This document shows, in pieces, positions 14,441 to 27,851 of a DNA stretch of 64,000 nt (positions are counted from its first letter, which is position 1; each line of letters starts with the position of its first letter). The notes beneath the pieces were generated by a model. It searched no databases, was not told the DNA's origin, and worked only from the letters and a program-made list of their open reading frames with translations. The stretch comes from the human T2T-CHM13v2.0 reference genome, Homo sapiens. The DNA is taken from assembly GCF_009914755.1 (NCBI RefSeq), contig NC_060929.1, one strand, 5' to 3'. The position numbers and the translations under genes are program-made.

Positions 14441-14759
14441 TGATGCATTTTAATTTGGGTTTTGTACCTTCCTATATATTTATGTATGTAAATACAACAT
14501 TTCTAAATTTGGTTCCTAGTATTTACACTTAATGTTATCTAATGTGAAACAGTTTGTATTCTTATAAAATTAAAATTAGTATTAAATGTATAATTAATAA
14601 TTTTTATGTATATGTAAAGCATATTGAATATAATTTCACTAATGAAATTTTCCTCCTTCAGTAAAGCAGATCTCATAAGCCTATGTTGAGGGTTAATCGG
14701 TTTTATATGGTTGTTGAAAACCTTCCTTAATGAGCCTATCTTTATGCACATCATATGCA

Positions 14760-17700
14760 GCAATTAACTTAAAATGGGTAATAAGTTACATATAAAACCT
14801 ACATCTGTAAAATTACCAGAAGAAAGCATAAGAGATTATCTTTGTGATCTTGAGTTAGGCACAACTTCTTGGAAAGCAACAAAAAGCACCAACAATAAAG
14901 GCAAAAGTTCTAAATTGGACTTCGTCAAAGTTATTAATTTATGTTCTTTAATACTGTTAAGAAAATGAAAAGGCAATCCATAGACTTGGAAATGGATATT
15001 TGATAAAGGGTTTATATCCAAAAATATATAAAGAACACTAAGAATTCAATAAGAAGAAGTCAAACAACTCAACAAGGAAATGGCAAAAATATTTGGACAG
15101 TTACTATCCCAGAGACATACAGATGAAGGGCCAGGCACGGTGGCTCACACCTGTAAATCCCAGCACTTTGGGAGGCCAAGGCGGGCGGATTACCTGAGGT
15201 TGGGAGTTCGAGTTCAGGCACATACAGATGAAAAATAAGCCATGAAAAGATACTCAACATAATTAGTAGGTAGGGAAATGCAAATTAAAACCTCACACCT
15301 TTTAGAACAGGTAAAATCTTAAAAATTATCAATGCCATGTTGATAATGCCAAATGGAGCAACTGGAACTCTGAAACATTATTACTGGGACTATAAAATGG
15401 TACAGTCACTTTAAAAATAGTTTGGCAGTTTTTTAAAAATGCAATGAGTTAATTTGGGTCCTCTGCGAAACAGATGCCAAGACAGGATTAGACATTTGAG
15501 AAGTTTATTGGGGAAAACATTTGTGAGGGTAAATGGGAAGGGAACCAGGAGAGACTGGGTAAGTTGTCAGTCTGTAATACAGGTTTAACCTCTGTGAAGA
15601 AGAGAAGAAAAGAAGGAATCTTGGGTAGGGAAAGTGTTAGATTGTAACATTTTCTAAGAAAGTTTCAACAAAATTGAGCCAAATTTGCCCATTAAATAAG
15701 TTCTGCAACTTTCAGGAATAAGCTTGCCTTCGTAGCCCTATCAAGCTCAGTCATTGACTGGGAGTAGCTCTTGAGAAGTATGACCTCAGCATAAACATGG
15801 TCATGAAAACAGGGAGTCAATTATGCTCTCCGAAATTGGAGATCTAATAGGTGCATTTTCATGGCTACAACACTCCACCTACTGTACTACACAGAGTTAC
15901 TTCTCTACATGAGTTCATGTAGCAACTCTTCTGTGGTTCTTGTTGGCCTCTCTTCCTAAAGGGATACTAGAAGTATTATTTAAGTGTTCTTCCTAGTGAC
16001 CTGACCATATATTTAGCCAATGGGTTCCAGATCCCATAATTGGTTCAGGTCTGGAGACTGAGAAAAGGATGATAATTTTTTAATTGAGGCATGTACCCTA
16101 AGCCTTGTGTTCTTCCATTTTTTATTTTTTTAAATTGTAGTACCTGTTAAGCAGAATTGGCTATCCATCTATTAACTATCTCTACAACTACCTGCACATC
16201 AAGTCTTTTTGGCTGCTCTCCAGCCTTCCTGGTAATTTGGTAATTGTGGCCTCCTGCCTTTTGGCAGTTAAGCACTATCATCTGGCTTTTATTACTTTGT
16301 GGTGGAGAGGCCTGCCATCCCCATGGGTATTAATAAACCTAGCTCTATGGCAACCTATTTTACTGTCAACCCTGGCTTGCAAAGGAGACTGATCACTGAA
16401 TTTTTTGTGATACTTTTTTACCCCTCACCAGCACATTTCTGGTGGCCTTGGCTAATAATGTGTCTTCTGGGCCCTCCTGAAGAACATAATCCTTTTGTAG
16501 GTTGTCTTACCTCATGTAATATATTCCTACTAGCATGCCAACTTTCTACAGCCTCCTTATTTCTTTCTTTACTATCTGTCAGGCAGCTCAGATATTTTCA
16601 CTTCACTCAGCTTTGGTCATTGCTTTCTTTAGAGGTTTAAGGCCACTCTAGCAGAGCATTTGCCCCATCTCCTAGGGCCCTTGCTAGGATATTACATCTG
16701 TGGTCCCTGAAGAGTAATGCTGAGTCAATGAATTCTTGCTTACCTAGTCTTACTTTCTATCTTCTTTGATCCAGCAGCCTCAAAATCTGTTCTCAGGGAT
16801 ACTCACATAGCTCTTCCCAGTACAACCTAGATAATTCTTGCAGATACTTTTAGATATAATCACTTTTCTCCCTTATCTCCCAGCCAAGTTATGGTGCATC
16901 TTGACCCTAGTTATTGACCTAACAGCCAAAAGAGGAGATCGAGGCAGCTTCTGAGAGCAGCCTCTGCATCCTTCACCACAGGGGAATTGCTAGCTTTTAC
17001 TAGGAAAGAGTGGGCCACCTCTTCAGACTCCAAGGGCTTAGGGAAATCTTTAGAGCTAGCATCCTCAGAGGCATCCATCCACATGTTTCCATTCTATTTT
17101 TCAGGATCTCAGGTCTTTCCAACCGGGGTCCAAATTTTATCATAGTAGAACTGCTTTGGCTAAGCATTTAAACATCTCTGGAGTTCTTCAAATCTATTAT
17201 ATTTTCTGTTGCTTAGCTGTGTTTGATGTTCCATTACCAGAGGTAAGAACATGTTTGTAAGCTACCAAAGAGATCTCTCACTCTCACATTTATTCTTTAA
17301 TTCTGTAACTTTTTGCTAACAGCCCTCAATTTCTCATTATCCTTTAGTATAATGTCAATTTAATTTAGCAGTAACCAGATAACTCTACTGCATTTGTGGG
17401 CATTATTTCCATCCATATTTCAAACGTCTTAATGATAACTAATGTCTTGCAAGGCATTCCCCACCACCAGGACATTTTTCCAGATTACTTCTGGTGAAAT
17501 CTGTAGTAATTATTAACACCATTGTATACTAGGAGCTACCAGTGCTCCACATACCACTAAGGATGGCTTCTTCATTGCCCAGAAAGTGGTAAGTGAGCCC
17601 ATCTTAGAACCCCATTATACCTGTTTCCTTGTGCTAGTTCAGGTCCTTAAAGGAGGAAACACCAAGATAGGATTAGACATCTCCCAGAATTGGCCCACAG

Positions 17701-18400
17701 TAGTATTCCTTCCATACCCTGTCATTGACTAGTTGCAACCATAGAAGCATGGCCTCAGCTTAAATGCAGTAATGGATTTTAGAGTGCAGGAGCTGGGGCA
17801 AGTGATCAGTTAGGATTCCTGAAATCTGAGAGGCTCATTGTCATGGCGCCACATAACACACCATCTGACCCAGCATTCGCACTCCTGGGTATTTACCCAA
17901 GAGGAATGAAAGCATATGTCTACCCAAAGACCTGTTTGTGAATGTTTACAGCAACCTTATTCATCATGGCCCAAACCTGGACTCTAGCAAATCCATTAAC
18001 ATAAATAAACAAATCATGGTACATCCATGTAATGGAAATTACTCAGCAATAAAAAGCAACAAACTGCTGATACATTCAACAATACAATCACTTCAGAAGC
18101 AATATGCTAAATCAAAGAAGCCAGACACAAAAGTCCACATACTATATAATTCTGTTTATACAACATTCTTGAAAATGAAAATTATGGTGACGAAAATCAG
18201 ATCAATGTTTGCCAGTATTTGAGCAAAAGGATAGATTATAAAGGGGCACAAGGGCTCCTTTTGAAGTGATAGAAAAATTTTACCTGATCGTGGTGATGGT
18301 TAGATTCTTGTATATGGTCCTCGAAACTCCTCAAACTATACGCCTCAAAAGAGATTTTGCTATATATAAATTACGCTGCAGTAAATCTGACTTTAAAAAT
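14760..18400 (+). mobile_element. Old L1ME-like 3' ORF2/3'UTR, interrupted by an Alu fragment (15128-15215) and an ERVL element
   Basis: Decayed L1 motifs (gggaaatgcaaattaaaac, actcctgggtatttacccaagag, catggtacatccat) resume on either side of the insertions. Confidence 0.7.
15450..17853 (-). mobile_element. Internally deleted ERVL-class provirus with LTR16-like LTRs
   Basis: Two related LTR-like segments (~15450-15872, ~17630-17853) sharing ccaaga(c/t)aggattagacat and ending ..catggc..aca; decayed internal region between. Confidence 0.55.
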
Positions 18401-18534
18401 ACAAAAAAACCTAAGCAAGCTCAATTATAAACATTTTTAAAAGGAAATAAATATAAATTCATTTATGATCCAGATAATGGCATTATCAGATATATAATTT
18501 ACAATGACTCTGATTAATATAATCAAAGAAATAA

Positions 18535-18894
<360 letters not shown>

Positions 18895-19699
18895 TAGATG
18901 GAAATGTAAGTGCTAAAAACACAGTAGGTAAAAATAAAGTTTCACTGTATTGGTTTAATAGCCAATTAGATACACTGGAGATAGAATTAGTAAGCTGGAG
19001 AACAGGTTAGAAGAAAATATCTACTCTGAGACAGGGAGAAGCAAGAAAATGGCATATACAGAAAAGAACATGTGAGATATAGGAACTGGTAGTAAAGTCT
19101 ATGAAAGGCTGTTGTCTCTCATCTAGTGTTGGGCCTAAAGTTGCTGCAGTCAGAAAGGCCTACAGGTAAAAAGAAAAGTTGGATGTCAAGTGGAAATACT
19201 GAGAACAAACTGGAATTTGCATCTTTCTTATACCTCCTTCGACCTTAATGACATGACGACCTGCAGGAAAAGATGGTGCCCTACGCCATTGAGCTTCAAG
19301 GACACCTGGCCTGAGACTTCTAGCAGCTAAAAAAAGAAATCTGTTGGGAGCTTAAGAAGCTGTGGAACCAAACGTTTTTCCTTATTACTGAGATGATCCT
19401 TTGATAAGTGACAACTTGTATAAATTGCACTGTTCCCTGGGGCTCTACATTGACCTTCAAAAAATAATAGCTGCTGATTTGGTGAGCCAGAAGGCCAGCA
19501 ACACCATGTGTGAACTGAAACACTGCCCAGCATCCTATACTAAACATCAGAGAAAATTAGTTCTTGCTATACTTCCATCTTCCAAACCTTGTGGAGATTT
19601 CTCTTACGGCTAACTCTACCTTAGAACATATAGACAAGGGAATTCTGGAAAACATAGTTCTAATTTAGCTAAGTTAACATAGTACAAAAACACCAAAGA

Positions 19700-20640
19700 C
19701 AAAAGGGGGAATAAATGGAGTTAAAATGCTTTTAAGGTTTGTATCATGTCCATAAAGTGATAAAAGTACTAATTTTATTAAATTCTAATAAGTCAAGTAG
19801 GCATGCCATAAACTCTAAGATAACCACTAAAGGAAGAATAAAAGAATATTTATCAAGCTAATGATTATCAATCTAATAGAGGAGGAAAAAAGGGAAGTAA
19901 AAATAGTTATTCTGTCTAAATGAAGATGAGAAAAAAGAGAGAAATGAACATAAAATGTAAAAGCCAACAAATAATAAGCTAGTTGATTTAAACCCAAATA
20001 TATTACTAAATGCATTAAGTTAAACTTGAATGAATTTCCAATTAAAAAAGATTGCCAGATTGAATAAGTATTAAAATCTGCTACTATCCTGCTTTCAATA
20101 TACCTAAAATACAAAACTATAGAAAGATTTAAAATAAAAGATGGAAAAGAATATAACATGCAAATAGTAGCCAACATGAAGCTGGCATAGCTATACTAAT
20201 ATTGGACAAAGTATACTTTAAAGCAAGAAGCAGTTCTAGAGCAAAAGATGGATATTTTGTGATGTAAAGTGTTTGATTTACCAGGGAAATAAAACAACAA
20301 TTCTAAATGTATATGTACCAAGTAAAATTCGCAGAACTAGTAGGTGACAGACAAATCCACAATCATAATGAGAGACTTTAATTCACCTTTTAGTGGTAGA
20401 AAAGTACATACAAATATGCAAAATTAGTAATGATATAGAAAATTTAAGCAACAAAATAAACAACTGATACTAATTGACATAAATGATATACCCAATAAAT
20501 GCGGAATACGTATTATTTTCAAGTATGCATGGAACATTTAAGAAAGTTGACCATATCATAAATGAAAAAGTAAATTTCAACCTATTTCAAAGGTTTAAAT
20601 CATACAGAGTAGGATCTACAAATTTATTATCTAAATATCT
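19700..20640 (+). mobile_element. Old L1M ORF2 endonuclease-region fragment
   Basis: Decayed motifs ccaattaaaaaagattgccaga, agacaaatccacaatcata, catggaacattta. Confidence 0.6.
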
Positions 20641-20644
20641 ATAT

Positions 20645-21207
20645 CAGAATACCATTTGACCCAGCCATCCCATTACTGGGTATATACCCAAAGGACTATA
20701 AATCATGCTGCTATAAAGACACATGCACGCGTATGTTTATTGCGGCACTATTCACAATAGCAAAGACTTGGAACCAACCCAAATGTCCAACAATGATAGA
20801 CTGGATTAAGAAAATGTGGCACATATACACCATGGAATACTATGCAGCCATAAAAAATGATGAGTTCATGTCCTTTGTAGGGACATGGATGAAATTGGAA
20901 ATCATCATTCTCAGTAAACTATCGCAAGGACAAAAAACCAAACACCGCATGTTCTCACTCATAGGTGGGAATTGAACAATGAGAACACATGGACACAGGA
21001 AGGGGAACATCACACTCTGGGGACTGTTGTGGGGTGGGGGAGATGGGGGAGGGATAGCATTAGCAGATATACCTAATGCTAAATGACGAGTTAATGGGTG
21101 CAGCACACCAGCATGGCACATGTATACATATGTAACTAACCTGCACATGGTGCACATGTACCCTAAAACTTAAAGTATAATAATAATAAAATTTAAAAAA
21201 AAAAAAA
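20645..21207 (+). mobile_element. Young 5'-truncated L1PA (about L1PA2-4) 3' end
   Basis: Near-perfect ORF2 C-terminus MFIAALFTIAKTWNQPKCP..SLIGGN, G-rich 3'UTR and poly(A). Confidence 0.95.
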
Positions 21208-21768
21208 GAAAGCTAGGAAGCCCTTCATTGTGGGGCTTGTAGATTGTCTCCTTTCTCGTTAAAAATAAAAGATTTTCTTGAGCCTCTCATCCTAGATGTC
21301 ATGGTGTCATTAACAGGAATAAGAAAGTTGGGAGAAGAAGAAATTTGATAAAGCATAAAGATATGATGTGAACATGAGAATGGCCTGATCATATGGAATA
21401 GTATAGCAGGGGCTTCATGTAGCTCTAGAGTCATCCAGTAGTTTGAGCCCTTCATACCTAGAAACTCAGGCTTTGTGTCCCTCTTCAACCACTGTATCTC
21501 CCATTTATTTTCCAGGCCTTTGATGTTTAATAGTTTAAATTACCTTATTCATTCAAAAATATTTGGCAAGTGACTTCTGTGTCTCAAACATTATTCAGGG
21601 TCTTGTAAAAAACATAGAAAAGCTATTCTATACCTACACCATTTCTAAAATATGTTTCATTAATAAAATTTACTTTTTTAGGAATGATTTAAAACACTAA
21701 AGAAATACAAACTTATAATAATTTTGAAATTTTTAACAAATGAATTTTATTTATTTCATTTTATTCAG

Positions 21769-21896
21769 TTGAATTAAATGAAGAAAAGCACAAAGAACTA
21801 ATAGAGAAAAAGGAGATGGAAATTTCAGAGTTAAATGCAAAGCTAAGAAGTCAAGAAAAAGAAAAACAAAATGAAATAATCAAGCTACAACTAGAA
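21769..21896 (+). CDS. CCDC152: CCDC152 coding exon (VELNEEKHKELIEKKEMEISELNAKLRSQEKEKQNEIIKLQLE)
   Basis: ttttattcag acceptor, GAA|gtaagt donor, 128 nt, phase 1 in and phase 0 out. Confidence 0.9.
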
Positions 21897-22805
21897 GTAA
21901 GTGTTTAAGAGTCTGCTAAACTTGAGGACACATCCCTTAGTCTAAACTGTACTTTGATTGTTTTTCATCACAGTGAGATACATTTTAGGATTAGAAGCAA
22001 TTCTGTGAGAGGGCTTCACACATGCTCATTCTCCACCAAATGATTGCAGTAATCACATACCATACAACTGTCATCTGCATTGCCTTTCAGCACTTGACCT
22101 GAAAGTGGACCCTTGAGTTGTTCGAAAGTTCCTGGTTTTTAGGGAGGATATTGCTTCCTCTGAGAACTTTTCTTCTCAGTATTTCCCACTTGACATCCAA
22201 CTTTTCCTTTTAACTGCAGGCCTTTCTGACTGCAGCAACTTTAGGCCCAACACTAGGTGAGAGACAACAGCCTTTCATAGACTTTACTACCAGTTCCTGT
22301 GTCTCATATGCTCTTTTCTGTATATGTCATTTTCTTGTTTTTCCCTGTCTCAGGGTAGATATTTTCTTCTAACCTATTCTCCAACTTACTAATTCTATCT
22401 TTAGTGTATCTAATTGGCTATTAAACCAATACAGTGAAATTTTATTTTAGCTATTGTATTTTTAGCACTCACATTTCCCTGACAGAAAACTCAAGGATTA
22501 TCTGCATTTTATGGTAAATTCTATGTAGGTTTCATAATTTCTACCATTCCAGCATGGGAAGAATGTTTCTAACGCTTCACATTTATTCTCATCCCAGCAG
22601 AAATTTGTCAAAACCCAGTAACCAACTAGAAATTTATTTTGCTTTATTTCTCATTAAAAAAACAAATTTCTTCCTAATAACTTTCTGGAAGAATATATAT
22701 CCTGGGGGCAAACAAACCAAATTCCTACAATTTTTTTTTTAAGGGACTTCTAATAGGGCATCTCAAAGGCTGAGGCTCTAACTCTTTGCTCAAAAGTCTT
22801 GAGTA

Positions 22806-23115
<310 letters not shown>

Positions 23116-24314
23116 TCATTTAACCGGATATCACAATCTCAAATGTACTTTGACAAAATATTTGTCCTTTAAATGTTTTCTAGACTCTATCAATCTACCC
23201 TTCCATCATTCTTCCGTTGCTTCCCCCCACCCCAACTTTCATTTTACCTTGTAAGAATTCACAAGTCTTAATTAAAATCACATACTACTCATATTCCTGA
23301 AACTTTGGAATCCCCAGGGTACTTGGTGAGTTACCTTGAGTAATCACTGGGCAGAAAGAGGACTGATGTTGACTTTAGATACCCTTTGCTGCTGGTGCTG
23401 CTGCTGCTGCTGCCATCTGACCAAGTGTACCACAAACCACAGGAAAGGCTGAATGGCCAACTGAAATTAATAGGCCATGTTTCAAGATCTACTACCAACT
23501 TCTAATCCTCCTCTGTTTGGAAATTTGCATTTTGTTTGCCATTTGGGCCTTATCACTGGTCTATTATTTGACTGGTATACACAGCTCCTTATTTGTTTTC
23601 ATTGTACCTAACCATTTCTCTCCTCAAACCAGAGCATAATCTCAGAGTTTATTCTTAGTCCTCAGAGAGGCTATGTTAACTAAATCTGAAGAGAAGAGTT
23701 ATATAATGGAATATTGTGCAAAAACAAAAAAAAATTGGCCTGTTAAGAATGGCCTATGAGAACTTTTTTAACCTGATTCAGTTTAATTGAAACCAGCAAG
23801 GGTTCAAACTATATCGACAAGATCGTATTCAAATTCTACTGTTCAGCCTCAAAGTTCCTGCAGAAAGCTACGTGAGGTTTTCTTCCTTGACTGTTTATTA
23901 CATTTTCTTTATAATACACTCATTTTAACGTAAAAATATTTTTACCTATATTTAAGTTAAACTAGATTCTAAACCCTGTCTGCACTATAGAATCACGTGA
24001 TGTTTTGAGAAAAAGATGACGCTAGCTGCACACCAGAATCTCTAAAGTAGTGCCCAGGCATTTGGTACTTTAGAAACAAAGAAAAAAAAAACCTCTCCAG
24101 GTAATTTTACCGTGCAATCAGGGTTAATCTTGTTTTTCTGTTCTTTGCTCTTTCTGAAAAATTATTTCTTAAAGAAAGATTTTTCTATTGTCTATACTGT
24201 AATTTACACCTGAATTACAGATTACATGTCAAAGGATAACATGGATTATAATTATAGAAACAATTGTTTCTAATTGTCTAGAGTTTCAATAACTTTCTTT
24301 TCAATTTGATTCAG

Positions 24315-24398
24315 TTTGATGCCAAACTAGCAAGAGTTCAGACTAAATCAAAATCATATCAGGATTCTACTGTTTTGCCACAAAGTATCTACAGAAGG
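24315..24398 (+). CDS. CCDC152: CCDC152 coding exon (FDAKLARVQTKSKSYQDSTVLPQSIYRR)
   Basis: ttcag acceptor, AGG|gtatgt donor, 84 nt, phase 0/0. Confidence 0.88.
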
Positions 24399-24601
24399 GT
24401 ATGTGAGTTTTCCTCTCAGTATTTGTTGCTTAAGAAAACTTTCTAAGCATGTTTCTATAAAAATCATCTAATTCTTATTAACAATATAAGGTATTTTTTA
24501 AAATACCAATAGCAGAAGTGCATTTCTTTGTTATTTTGTTGTTCCTTGTACTAAATTTTATTATTTCTGAATTCTAATAACAAATTTTTTGTTTCGTTTA
24601 G

Positions 24602-24724
24602 AAACTTCAGCATTTTCAAGAAGAAAAAAACAAGGAGATTGCAATTCTTCGTAATACCATTCGCGATTTAGAGCAACGCCTTTCTGTTGGCAAAGATTCT
24701 CACCTTAAGCGTAGACGGTTTTGA
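24602..24724 (+). CDS. CCDC152: CCDC152 last coding exon (KLQHFQEEKNKEIAILRNTIRDLEQRLSVGKDSHLKRRRF*)
   Basis: gtttcgtttag acceptor, open frame to TGA at 24722-24724; known neighbour of SELENOP. Confidence 0.88.
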   Translation, partial: KLQHFQEEKNKEIAILRNTIRDLEQRLSVGKDSHLKRRRF

Positions 24725-24836
24725 GCTTAGCAGTAAATTCATTAGTTGGTATTTATTTAAAAGCAATCGAAAGTTTCACTTCTGTTTTCAATATATGCAT
24801 ACAGCCTACATAACAAACGAAGTCAGCTTTAAGGTT

Positions 24837-24851
24837 TTTATTGAATTTATT
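24837..24851 (-). terminator. SELENOP: SELENOP distal polyadenylation signals (two AATAAA)
   Basis: tttatt at 24837-24842 and 24846-24851, just downstream of SECIS2. Confidence 0.8.
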
Positions 24852-24890
24852 TGGACAAATCCGTACTGTATCCAATTCTGTACTGCATTC

Positions 24891-24984
24891 TTGCTTAATA
24901 GTATTAACCATAAAGGAGGTCAGGTTTATAGGGTTTGGTTTACCTATTAAACCATCATTGACTATGGAAATACTTACTAAGCAA
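24891..24984 (-). promoter_or_regulatory. SELENOP: SECIS element 2 (form 1) of SELENOP 3'UTR
   Basis: mRNA sense AUGA(24958-24955)-UGGUUUAAUAGGU-AAA-CCAAAC-CCUAUAAACC-UGAC(24922-24919); long lower helix UUGCUUAGUA/UAUUAAGCAA. Confidence 0.95.
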
Positions 24985-25330
24985 TATAGAGACAGACAAT
25001 ATTATCTTTCCCCTTATATCTTTTAAGACAGCCACTCAAGTTTTAGAAGAGTATGATACAACATTAGAGAAAGAAAGATACAAAGGCTTTATTCATGTGT
25101 GATAGTAAAAATCAGGATGAGTCTTAGATATACAAAAGATAAATGGATATTTAAAATAGTTATATATGCTTTTTTAGCAAAATATTCACGTGTTAAGTAT
25201 TTCTGGATCTTAAAATACAAAATCCACTTATTTTATTAGTTAAAAGTAGAAGATTGAAAAGACAAAGTAATATTGTTTTGAGAGATAAGTAAAGAAAAAA
25301 ATGGAAAGCATGTCTTTGTTGTTCTTCCTC

Positions 25331-25410
25331 CATTCTAAACTGCTAATTATCCAACAGAAACCCCTAGGTCATAGTTTACGTTTCTATTCTCATTAAAGCA
25401 AATAGAACAC
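25331..25410 (-). promoter_or_regulatory. SELENOP: SECIS element 1 (form 2) of SELENOP 3'UTR
   Basis: mRNA sense AUGA(25393-25390)-GAAUAGAAACGU-AAA-CUAUGACCUAG (mini-stem)-GGGUUUCUGUU-GGAU(25352-25349); lower helix UUCUAUUUGCU/AGCAGUUUAGAA. Confidence 0.95.
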
Positions 25411-25662
25411 TGGAAAAAGAAAAAAAAAGACATATTAACCAAAAGCTGCAATCACCTTTCAGTTGCTCCATCATAAAAAATATGGTTTGAGTCAATATTT
25501 CTATGACATAAAATTTAAAATCTGGAAGCCAATTCAGTAGATTTCTCCATGTTTGCACAAATCTGATTTCTATTTTTGGTTCACTAATTTGGTAGTTTAT
25601 AAAAATGCTGGAAATGAAATTGTGTCTAGACTAAATTGGGGAGTATGTCCTATTTTAAATAT

Positions 25663-26274
25663 TTAGTTTGAAGGTCATTCTCACTTTTTTGCCTGATTCT
25701 TTCAGCGTCAACTGGCACTGGCTTCTGTGGGTATAAGCTGCTGACTTATTTGTCAGGCAGCTGGAGGCAAACGTCACTGACAAGATTCAGTTATGTTCTC
25801 CTCTGCCCGAAGTCCCTGTCAGCTACATAAAGATGGGAGGTTTTCTTTACACTGTCAGGTGATTGCAGACCCTGTTTTTTCAAATATCAGATGTCGACAA
25901 TGGCAGCATCAGCTCCTAGGAGCCAACTCTGAATCTGTGGGCAATTTACAGAGTAATTGATTTATACATCTCTTTCGACAGAGCTTCTTTTGTAAATCTT
26001 GTAAATCTTCACTTGCTGGCATATCTCGGTTCTCTGGGTGACCCTGCCTATGCTGACCCTTGTGCTTATGGTGGTGATGAAGGCCTGGAGGAGCAGGATG
26101 AGTAGGAGTATTTGGTGCTCCTGGTTGCTGATTCTCTGAAAGCTCACTGCTGCCAAGGTGCTGATGTCCATGATTGTGATGATGCTCATGATGGTAATGA
26201 GGCGATGGAGTTTCAACTGTTTTATCCACAGTAGCCAAAGATACACGTTTACAAAAGTCTTCATCTTTGAGAGT
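25663..26274 (-). CDS. SELENOP: Selenoprotein P exon 5 CDS (T179-N381): His-rich segments and Sec-rich C-terminus with 9 in-frame TGA = Sec
   Basis: ttccag acceptor; frame continues past the ORF-track stop as ..RSUCCHCRHLIFEKTGSAITUQCKENLPSLCSUQGLRAEENITESCQURLPPAAUQISQQLIPTEASASURUKNQAKKUEUPSN, TAA at 25663-25665. Confidence 0.98.
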
Positions 26275-26576
26275 CTGGAACAAATTTATAAATCACTTTT
26301 TAACAAGCTTATAGAGATAGGAATAATGCGTGAAAAATGATTTGTAGAGCTAACATGTGAAATTCCAACTAGTTAATTAGAATCGAGCTGGCTTTGTATT
26401 ATATTAATGAGAAAGAGTCTGATGTTAGTCTCAACACCTAGACATTTTATTAAAGGCTTAAAAAGAAAGCCAAACCACTGTACTTATATTTGCAGAAGCA
26501 AATGAAGTAAACTGGCAAAAGGAACTTGGATTGCAGGAAAGTCAAAGTAATATCAAATCCTAAATTCAGTTGATCT

Positions 26577-26931
<355 letters not shown>

Positions 26932-27551
26932 TTATCTAATACTATATGATACTGTAATCTAATATTATCTCTGATAATTCAAAAATGCTAATAAACTCTG
27001 CTCAAATGTGTTAGTTTTTCATACTTCATCCTATGCCAGGAAATGTTTTGAACTTCACCAAAGCTTTGCTAATGTCTCCCTACCATAAGGCTGTCAGCTG
27101 AAAATAGCAAATTACTGCCCGACTCCCATTGACCATAATATCCATTCCGCATGATCCTAGTTCTTTAATTTACTGGAAGTCTTTACTGTTTTGTGGTACC
27201 TACTAATCAGAGACTCAAAGCCTATAGATACAGAAATGTAACAGTAAATCTCAACCTAAGGCTAATTTGCAAATAAAATTACAAAATCAACTTAGAACCC
27301 AAAGACTCACTAAGTGATATGCTTTTGATGTTTTGAAGGTTTTAAAAGGTTATAAATTCCATTAAATTTTAGCATACAACTACTAAGTGGTACTTTATTT
27401 GGTTATTTCTGAATTACTTCTACATTAGAAGCTAATAATGTTTGCTTACAAACTTATAAAGAATTTGATACATGTTTAAAATATACTGTGTAATGTTCAA
27501 AGTGTTCAAGGTTTAAACAAACACAAATACCTATGGTAGTAGTCTAATTTC

Positions 27552-27851
27552 TTTCATTTATTTATTTATTTAGTGACGGAGTCTCACTCTTTCGCCAGGC
27601 TGGAGTGCAGTGGCACGACCTCGACTCACTGCAACTTCCGCCTCCTAGGTTCAAGTGATTCTCCTGCCCCAGCCTCCCAAGCAGCTGGGATTGCAGACAC
27701 GTGCCACCACGCCCAGCTAATTTTTGTATTTTTAGTAGAGATGGGGTTTCACCATGTTGGCCAGGATGGTCTCGATCTATTGACCTCGTGATTCATCCAC
27801 CTCGGCCTCCCAAAGTGCTGGGATTACAGGCGTGGGCCACCGCACCCTGCC
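27552..27851 (-). mobile_element. Alu (AluS) in SELENOP intron 4
   Basis: Antisense dimer; TSD AGTAGTCTAATTTC 27538-27551 / 27852-27865. Confidence 0.93.

Noticed and set aside
23387-23412. Short (GCT)n tract
   Set aside because: Intronic, short and interrupted; no exon context
24722-24724. CCDC152 TGA stop as possible Sec codon
   Set aside because: The SECIS elements are on the opposite strand, and an in-frame TAG follows two codons later
25909-26283. ORF-track 124-aa His-rich protein ending at 25909
   Set aside because: Not a standalone gene; it is SELENOP exon 5 cut at the Sec300 TGA
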